Source of the DNA: a virus
Length of the DNA stretch: 64,000 nucleotides
Strand: one strand, 5' to 3'
Virus record (IMG/VR): IMGVR_UViG_3300020174_000004
Coordinates: 35,674-99,673 of that record
Below the pieces are notes generated by a model. That model was not told where the DNA came from, ran no database searches, and saw only the letters and a list, made by a program, of their open reading frames with translations. The position numbers were made by a program, and so were the translations under genes. Of this stretch, positions 58,657 to 64,000 are shown one piece after another (the first letter of the stretch is position 1; each line of letters starts with the position of its first letter).

Positions 58657-59822
58657 TTGAACTCCATAAAGATTCCATAGAAGTTATAGATAATCTTTTA
58701 CCAGACGATCTTCACGAAGAGATAATGGATGACGTGAGATCATTTAGGTTTACTTATGGTTGGCTTCAAAGTAGTGCTGATTATCATGGTCATTTTAATG
58801 TAGAATTAATCCATGCAGCGCCATCAAATGTTGCTGATGTTGAAGATGAATTAAAAAAGACGGAATTAAATTATACCTCTCTTTATAAGATGTGGAAGTA
58901 TATACAATCAGAATATGTTGGTCTAGATAAAAAACTTATTAGATGTTATTTTAATGGTCATGTTTTTGGCATAGATGGATATAGTCATAGAGATTCACCT
59001 CGTGATGATGAATGGTCTATGGTTATCTATACTAATTTTGAAGATGAATGGAATCCAGATTGGGGTGGTGAAACTTCTGTATTTGAAGATGGTGAAATTA
59101 TTAAATCAGTTTTACCGAAGAAAAATAGAGCAATTATATTTGCTGGTAATAAACTTCACGCGCCAAGACCGCTTGGTAGATTTTACACAGGCATGCGTCA
59201 GATTATTGTCTTTAAGTTTAGGTCACCAAGAACAGAAAGTTTTGAAAAAGTATCAACTCTAGTAAAGGAACTTGGCGGAATGCGAGTTCCTTCCAGATCA
59301 TTTGGTAATATGCATGATCATATGTTATCATGTTATACTGAATTGAGTAAAAGAGTTGTTGATGAAGAGGTATGTGAAGCGGCTGGTCTTCATGCTCTTT
59401 ATGGATCTAGAACTGCAAAAACCGCATTTTTAGATCCAAAGAAAAATTCCGACGTTATTAAATCATTATTTTCTAATAGAGTTGAAGAGCTTGTATATCT
59501 ATGTTCAATTATTGCTAGACCAGAAGGATTAATGGATCCCGTTGATATATCTGATGAGGGTGTAACTGTTAAACTTTTTAATGGTGATGATATTAGAATA
59601 CCAAGACAGCATTATGATGATTTAATGCTTATAGAAGCGGCCAATCAAGCATCACTTTCTATAGTTTTAGATAGAGATAAATATGATAAGTTCTCTTCAA
59701 TTTATCCAGTATTAGAGGATGAGAGTAAAAAGTTAAGTGATACCCTTTCTCATAGGGAGCATTTTAAGAATCATAATAAGTACAGGGAATATAATATAAG
59801 AAAGAAGAAAAAGAATGAGTAG
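58653..59822 (+). CDS. 2OG-Fe(II) oxygenase fused to a C-terminal HD-like (DUF6817-like) domain
   Basis: HRD...WGGET...H...R; then DHM..Y..L...VCEAAGLHALYG. Confidence 0.75.
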   Translation: MIELHKDSIEVIDNLLPDDLHEEIMDDVRSFRFTYGWLQSSADYHGHFNVELIHAAPSNVADVEDELKKTELNYTSLYKMWKYIQSEYVGLDKKLIRCYFNGHVFGIDGYSHRDSPRDDEWSMVIYTNFEDEWNPDWGGETSVFEDGEIIKSVLPKKNRAIIFAGNKLHAPRPLGRFYTGMRQIIVFKFRSPRTESFEKVSTLVKELGGMRVPSRSFGNMHDHMLSCYTELSKRVVDEEVCEAAGLHALYGSRTAKTAFLDPKKNSDVIKSLFSNRVEELVYLCSIIARPEGLMDPVDISDEGVTVKLFNGDDIRIPRQHYDDLMLIEAANQASLSIVLDRDKYDKFSSIYPVLEDESKKLSDTLSHREHFKNHNKYREYNIRKKKKNE

Positions 59823-60219
59823 TTTATTAGATTCACTAGTCGAGGTGAGGATAGGTGAAGAGGGTGATTTTCTTAAGATTAAGGAAACCCTTACCCGTAT
59901 CGGTATTGCTTCAAGGAAAGAGAGAAAACTTTTTCAATCATGTCATATCCTTCATAAGCAGGGTAGGTATTATATAGTTCACTTTAAAGAACTTTTTGCT
60001 TTGGATGGGAAGTCTTCTAATTTGTCTAATGAGGATGTATCAAGGAGAAATACGATTGCAAATCTTCTTCAGGACTGGGGTTTACTTAAGGTAGTAGATC
60101 CTGCTTCAAAAGATTCTCTCGCTCCATTGTCGGGCATCAAGATTTTATCTCATAAAGAGAAGAATGAGTGGGAACTTGTGGCCAAATATAATATTGGAAA
60201 GAAGAAGAAAGATCCTTAG
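59815..60219 (+). CDS. regA: Translational repressor RegA
   Basis: DFLKIKETLTRIG; QSCHILHKQGRYYIVHFKELF; WGL; KY.IG. Confidence 0.95.
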   Translation: MSSLLDSLVEVRIGEEGDFLKIKETLTRIGIASRKERKLFQSCHILHKQGRYYIVHFKELFALDGKSSNLSNEDVSRRNTIANLLQDWGLLKVVDPASKDSLAPLSGIKILSHKEKNEWELVAKYNIGKKKKDP

Positions 60220-60426
60220 GTGGAAACTAAAGAAGAACTTCTAGACGAATTTGTGTCGTCCTTATCTAAAATCATTGAGATTAAGGATGATATTCAGCAT
60301 GAACTGAGATATCACAATTCTAATACAGCGTCATCCATTAGAGAAAATCGGTACATTCCTGAGATAGAAAAACTTAAAGGTGCTCTGAGAAGAATTCTAT
60401 CTCTATCCACTACAAACAACGAATAA
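60220..60426 (+). CDS. Small hypothetical protein
   Basis: GTG start directly after the regA stop. Confidence 0.55.
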   Translation: METKEELLDEFVSSLSKIIEIKDDIQHELRYHNSNTASSIRENRYIPEIEKLKGALRRILSLSTTNNE

Positions 60427-60823
60427 TATCTCTTTCTCCAGTAGTATAGAATGCTTTCCTGATATTAAAGGTAGCAATAGCACGTGTACATCCTTCACAT
60501 GGCTTCGCCAATCCGAATGAACCATCTTGCTTTACTCTACATACAAACAGTGTACATTTCGATAACTGATCTGTATTCAATACTCTCAAAGCATTCTTAA
60601 TAGCATCAGTCTCTGCATGGAGATATATTGCCTCTTCATTCTTAGAATACTTTGCCTGAAAAGGGTGTGACTTAAACTTATTAGTACCAATAGATACAAA
60701 TTCATTCTTATACAACAAACAAGCGGCCAATCTTGCATTAGCCACTCTCTCAACATCATATGCTATATTAGAAAGTACATTAAGTACTCTCTGTATCTTC
60801 TTTGTACTATACGACGAATTCAT
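60410..60823 (-). CDS. Zinc-dependent cytidine/adenosine deaminase-fold protein
   Basis: HAE...KPCEGC; likely start MNSSYS at 60823. Confidence 0.8.
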   Translation of the reverse strand: MNSSYSTKKIQRVLNVLSNIAYDVERVANARLAACLLYKNEFVSIGTNKFKSHPFQAKYSKNEEAIYLHAETDAIKNALRVLNTDQLSKCTLFVCRVKQDGSFGLAKPCEGCTRAIATFNIRKAFYTTGERDIIRCL

Positions 60824-60890
60824 TACATTCACGGGTATCGAGGTGAATTTTCCGGAAAAAAAAATTTGAAGCCCTCGGTTCAGAAAAAAC

Positions 60891-61066
60891 ACTCAGTCTC
60901 TATTAATAACAGGGTAATCAGAGCTGCGCGATTGAATTATACAGAAGCAATTATAGGGTGGGGGCTGAGTATGGATGGGAACCCATTCGGCACTTCACCA
61001 GCTTCTCTATTACGAAGGGTGAAGGGTAGGATCACTCGCAACTTGCGTTGACGATAATCCTACCCT
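60891..61066 (+). other. Non-coding cluster of four hairpins
   Basis: actcagtctc/ggggctgagt; ggatgg/ccattc; cttcacc/ggtgaag; agggtaggat/atcctaccct. Confidence 0.45.
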
Positions 61067-61075
61067 GTGATAAGA

Positions 61076-61330
61076 TTAGACCATCTTCGAAGCAACAGCA
61101 CCAAGTGCAGCATAACCAGCAGCAACTACAGCCTTGCTTGGCTTACCGAGACGATAGAAGCTCTTCCGAGTCTTCCGCTCGTTGTGATAGATGGCATTGC
61201 CCTTCGAACGTAGGTTGGTAATAGCAGCAGTCGGGTTCTTGATGCCGAATCGAGCAGCGATCTGTGCTCGTGTTAGCTTCTCACCAGACTCAAGCGCTGC
61301 GAGTAGACGTGCTTCCTTAGTAGTATTCAT
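61076..61330 (-). CDS. Winged-helix DNA-binding protein
   Basis: LTRAQIAARFGIKNPTAAITNLR..G..I; YRLG.P; GGAGA RBS. Confidence 0.8.
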   Translation of the reverse strand: MNTTKEARLLAALESGEKLTRAQIAARFGIKNPTAAITNLRSKGNAIYHNERKTRKSFYRLGKPSKAVVAAGYAALGAVASKMV

Positions 61331-61363
61331 TCAAATATCTCCATTGTTAAGGTTGGCCAAAGG

Positions 61364-61528
61364 TTACAGCATATCGATGAGTCGGCCATTCTCATCTACT
61401 GTTCGTACCCTATGAGAAGGATAGGATGCTTGTGCATTCCGCATCTCATTAAGGTAAAACTGAGGGTCGTTGACGATGTACGAAAACGTTTGCCATACAC
61501 CGTTGACTTGAACTTGGATCTCAACCAT
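61364..61528 (-). CDS. Small early hypothetical protein
   Basis: GGAGAG RBS before MVEIQVQ; overlaps upstream stop. Confidence 0.65.
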   Translation of the reverse strand: MVEIQVQVNGVWQTFSYIVNDPQFYLNEMRNAQASYPSHRVRTVDENGRLIDML

Positions 61529-61721
61529 CGATGCTCTCCATGAGAAATCCATAAGTCCGTTTGCAGTAGTCCATGGCCAGGTTGATGGCTCCTGGAAGGT
61601 TGACCTGCTCCATTGTAGAGAAGTAGTCTACTTCTTGATCTCCATGCCAGACCTGGAAGGCCGTGTCCTGGTTCCACTTGACTCGAAAGCCCAAGTCGTC
61701 GTCTTCGTATACGGTAATCAT
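61521..61721 (-). CDS. Small early hypothetical protein
   Basis: GGAG RBS before MITVYE; directly below a promoter cassette. Confidence 0.65.
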   Translation of the reverse strand: MITVYEDDDLGFRVKWNQDTAFQVWHGDQEVDYFSTMEQVNLPGAINLAMDYCKRTYGFLMESIDG

Positions 61722-61740
61722 ATCAATACTCCATATATAG

Positions 61741-61769
61741 ATCTTATACCGATTCCGAATTAATGTCAA
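61741..61769 (-). promoter_or_regulatory. Early promoter cassette P1
   Basis: TTGACAttaatt...(17 nt)TAAGAT. Confidence 0.8.
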
Positions 61770-61776
61770 CCGGTCC

Positions 61777-61836
61777 GGGGGTCAGAAAATGCACTTTTGC
61801 AACTTTTTTCTGACCCCCTCCCCTTTGGCCAGGGGA
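61777..61836. repeat. 13-bp inverted repeat plus a second hairpin just upstream of P1 (stem-loop/terminator)
   Basis: gggggtcagaaaa (61777-61789) / ttttctgaccccc (61806-61818); tcccct/agggga. Confidence 0.7.
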
Positions 61837-61853
61837 TTACGAGGAGAGAGAGA

Positions 61854-62108
61854 TCACCCCGAGGCCAATTTGTGTAGACTCTGCCATTTCGAACCAATAG
61901 TACCCAAGCCTGAACCAGACAGCATAGACTGCCACATGATCCGCTGAACCTCGACTGCAGTCGGAGCATTGGATATATCGCGAAGCAAGTTCTGCTTCTT
62001 AGTGGCTTTAGTATTAGACTCGTGGATAAGTCGTGTTGCCCGATCCTTGGCTACTTCGAGATCCATTCCCTCAAAGTGCAGATCTTCCGGTTTGAACAGC
62101 TCAGCCAT
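61854..62108 (-). CDS. Early hypothetical protein (MAELFKPED...)
   Basis: GGAG RBS inside the upstream small ORF; 84 aa. Confidence 0.65.
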   Translation of the reverse strand: MAELFKPEDLHFEGMDLEVAKDRATRLIHESNTKATKKQNLLRDISNAPTAVEVQRIMWQSMLSGSGLGTIGSKWQSLHKLASG

Positions 62109-62208
62109 TACGATTCTCCATATAGTGGTGGACGCCAAAGCACACGGCCATAAACATAACGAACACAAGAACCGGCCCAAACAGGACCATACAGTCGAAA
62201 GTTGACAT
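62101..62208 (-). CDS. 35-aa single-TM early peptide (MSTFDCMVLFGPVLVFVMFMAVCFGVHHYMENRNG), missed by the ORF track
   Basis: GGAGA RBS; directly below promoter P2; hydrophobic core; overlaps the next start. Confidence 0.6.
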   Translation of the reverse strand: MSTFDCMVLFGPVLVFVMFMAVCFGVHHYMENRNG

Positions 62209-62233
62209 TAACTCATCTCCAATTTATAGTACT

Positions 62234-62262
62234 ATTCTATCATCGATTCTAATTAATGTCAA
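62234..62262 (-). promoter_or_regulatory. Early promoter cassette P2
   Basis: TTGACAttaatt...(17 nt)TAGAAT. Confidence 0.8.
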
Positions 62263-62270
62263 CCTCCTTT

Positions 62271-62933
62271 TTAGTACTGGAGGAACTTTGGCACAACCCT
62301 GATCAGGCCCTGATTGTTCAGGATGGCAGCAACCTCAGCCTTTGCCTCTTCGGCATTGAAATCTTCAACACCAGTGTGGCCTGCAGCTTCCTCATCGGCA
62401 ACTTGGCCTTTCATATACTCTTTCTTAAGCTTCTTATGCCGAGCTGTAATCTCCTGCATCTTAGCCAGATTAGCTGCCCGGATGCGCTCGATCTCTTCCG
62501 GAGACTTGGTTACCTTAACCTCAGGCACCTTGATGGCACCGGACTTGATGGCCTTGGCAATAAGCTTGTTGGACTCGGCGTGGATGTTCTTAGCTTTAGG
62601 TGTCTTGGCTGCACCTTTGACAGATTCGATGGCCTCATCCACTTGCATAGCCAGACCAATAATATCGTCAAGGCACGTAAACTTAAGATTAGCATACCCA
62701 GAGGCTTCCTTGACTACGCTGAAGCCATTGGCCTTGACCAGATCCATTGCAGTAGGGAATGCAACCTTGGGCATACCGTATCCAATAACAAATACTCCAG
62801 ACGAAGTCTTGACTTCTATCTTAGCATTATGCTTGGTCCGGATCAGGAAGTTGGTATTGCCCTGCTTGACTGGCTCGAAGCCATTTGCTTTTGCGAACTC
62901 AGAGAATACTTCGAAAGTGATAGCGGTAGTCAT
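62271..62933 (-). CDS. Early hypothetical protein (K/A-rich C-terminal half)
   Basis: GAGGAGA RBS before MTTAITF; below P3. Confidence 0.75.
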   Translation of the reverse strand: MTTAITFEVFSEFAKANGFEPVKQGNTNFLIRTKHNAKIEVKTSSGVFVIGYGMPKVAFPTAMDLVKANGFSVVKEASGYANLKFTCLDDIIGLAMQVDEAIESVKGAAKTPKAKNIHAESNKLIAKAIKSGAIKVPEVKVTKSPEEIERIRAANLAKMQEITARHKKLKKEYMKGQVADEEAAGHTGVEDFNAEEAKAEVAAILNNQGLIRVVPKFLQY

Positions 62934-62960
62934 TTGTCTCTCCTCATTGACCATATATAG

Positions 62961-62989
62961 ATCTTATAATAAGATCTAATTAATGTCAA
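62961..62989 (-). promoter_or_regulatory. Early promoter cassette P3
   Basis: TTGACAttaatt...(17 nt)TAAGAT. Confidence 0.8.
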
Positions 62990-63357
62990 TCCCTGTTCGA
63001 AACTTTTTTGTACAAAGTTCGGTCCCCTACGTATACGTCGAATCGAGTGCCATGCTCAGGCTTAATATCGAGCACGCTTGACCGATAGTGTACACCGCCA
63101 CGACGATACAGCTTAGCATTAGGGTTATTCTTGCCAAGCCGAGGACGAATTCTCATGAACACCCGCTTCCGCCGAGTCTCAGCATAACCATTATGATACA
63201 CTATGGTCTTAGGTGGATTGTCCACTTCATTGAGCCTGCGAACCAAATTCTCCTTCTTCATCCATGTCTTCCACTCCTGGATGAGTGGATCATTCAGATC
63301 CGTGACTGTAAACTTATAATCAGACCCACCTTTATACCCAAGACGTACATAAGCCAT
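62986..63357 (-). CDS. Early basic hypothetical protein
   Basis: GAGGAGA RBS before MAYVRLG; RLGKNNPNA..Y...RFDVYV. Confidence 0.7.
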   Translation of the reverse strand: MAYVRLGYKGGSDYKFTVTDLNDPLIQEWKTWMKKENLVRRLNEVDNPPKTIVYHNGYAETRRKRVFMRIRPRLGKNNPNAKLYRRGGVHYRSSVLDIKPEHGTRFDVYVGDRTLYKKVSNRD

Positions 63358-63385
63358 ATTGTCTCTCCTCATTGACTATAGTTAG

Positions 63386-63414
63386 ATCTTATCATGGATA
63401 TGAATTAATGTCAA
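63386..63414 (-). promoter_or_regulatory. Early promoter cassette P4
   Basis: TTGACAttaatt...(17 nt)TAAGAT. Confidence 0.8.
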
Positions 63415-63419
63415 CCCCC

Positions 63420-63641
63420 TCACGCGTATCTTTTCACCCAATGAACAATACGTTCTTCAGCTTCACCATTACGGTAACCTTTATCATAGCACCAATCACC
63501 AAGCACGTCTGTAAGATCATTGATCATATCAGCTCGAGTGAAATTTTCGCCATAAACTCTACCCGCTTCAACATCTTCATAAACCTCTTCAATGCGATGA
63601 CAAATAATTAGGTCGAGTTCACGGGTTTCTTCTTTAGTCAT
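63420..63641 (-). CDS. Early hypothetical protein
   Basis: GAGGAGA RBS before MTKEET; below P5. Confidence 0.7.
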   Translation of the reverse strand: MTKEETRELDLIICHRIEEVYEDVEAGRVYGENFTRADMINDLTDVLGDWCYDKGYRNGEAEERIVHWVKRYA

Positions 63642-63669
63642 ATTGTCTCTCCTCATTGACTATAGTTAG

Positions 63670-63698
63670 ATTCTATCATCAAATCGAATAATTGTAAA
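63670..63698 (-). promoter_or_regulatory. Early promoter cassette P5
   Basis: TTTACA-17 nt-TAGAAT; 32-bp leader identical to that of P4. Confidence 0.75.
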
Positions 63699-63743
63699 CT
63701 AAAAAAGTGAACTTGAGCACAAAATTTTTTTCACTCAAGTCTG

Positions 63744-63771
63744 TTGACATTTATTCAGTTCTTGATAGAAT
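63744..63771 (+). promoter_or_regulatory. Rightward sigma70-type promoter P6
   Basis: TTGACA-16 nt-TAGAAT. Confidence 0.6.
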
Positions 63772-63779
63772 ATAATTGA

Positions 63780-63883
63780 GGTCCGGGAATAGCGGGGAGC
63801 CGGGAGTGTTGGTGAATTCTGTTTCGAATACAGTTAAGCTCACTACACTGAAGCCAACACTCAAGATTCTCACACTCGCTGCC
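63780..63883 (+). ncRNA. Candidate ~100-nt structured non-coding RNA
   Basis: gagtgttgg/ccaacactc 9-bp stem enclosing ctgt-TTCGAAT-acag; outer agcggg/ctcgct; no ORF; lies between convergent promoters. Confidence 0.4.
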
Positions 63884-63886
63884 TAT

Positions 63887-63914
63887 ATCATATCATTTAT
63901 TTCATTTTTGTCAA
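63887..63914 (-). promoter_or_regulatory. Leftward sigma70-type promoter P7
   Basis: TTGACA-16 nt-TATGAT. Confidence 0.5.
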
Positions 63915-63918
63915 TCCG

Positions 63919-63947
63919 TTTACAAAAATCATTTTATGGTGTATTAT
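63919..63947 (+). promoter_or_regulatory. Rightward sigma70-type promoter P8
   Basis: TTTACA-17 nt-TATTAT, followed by GAGGAGA. Confidence 0.55.
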
Positions 63948-64000
63948 AATAATATGAAGTGAGGAGAACTTAAGTGTAGAGCGAATTTGATACTCGAGTG

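Noticed and set aside
60906-60918. Partial I-SceI site (ATAACAGGGTAAT) suggesting vector contamination
   Set aside because: Only the 13-nt right part matches contiguously and there is no other vector sequence; treated as chance.
60866-61051. 61-aa plus-strand ORF in the hairpin region
   Set aside because: TTG start, no convincing RBS, and no recognisable protein features.
62256-62979. Two long plus-strand ORFs (234 and 221 aa)
   Set aside because: Shadows of the minus-strand gene, which has the promoter and RBS; higher GC lowers stop frequency.
63780-63883. tRNA gene
   Set aside because: A TTCGAAT loop is present but lacks the G-C closing pair, cloverleaf arm order and CCA end.
1-64000. 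Stop-codon reassignment
   Set aside because: Core genes are full length in the standard code, and TAA, TGA and TAG all occur as real stops.

Overview
This is a 64-kb segment of an AT-rich T4-like myovirus genome. Positions 1-26.5 kb hold baseplate, virion and tail-fibre genes, plus a free-standing GIY-YIG endonuclease, a glycosyltransferase and a Hint-domain/Bug-like/PP-loop trio. Positions 26.6-41 kb are the conserved gp13-gp23 and gp3 morphogenesis block. Positions 41-47.4 kb carry uvsY, uvsW, gp55, gp47, gp46 and peptide deformylase. Positions 56.7-60.2 kb carry gp45, gp44, gp62 and regA. Positions 60.4-63.7 kb are a GC-richer, leftward early region built of repeated sigma70 promoter/RBS cassettes. 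The best candidate for an undescribed system is the locus at 48.1-56.6 kb. It combines a gp42-like dCMP hydroxymethylase, dCMP deaminase, an NTP pyrophosphatase and Nmad-type genes with a myo-inositol-phosphate synthase and a HAD phosphatase. These are followed by three consecutive enzymes (aGPT-Pplase-like, SGNH-like, and a C5-methyltransferase fold with eroded SAM motifs) that all end in a sliding-clamp-type tail, (S/T)LE(S/G)F(F/L). I infer a replication-coupled cyclitol (inositol) hypermodification of hydroxymethylcytosine. All calls come from reading motifs and gene order by eye; no database search, alignment or RNA folding was run.
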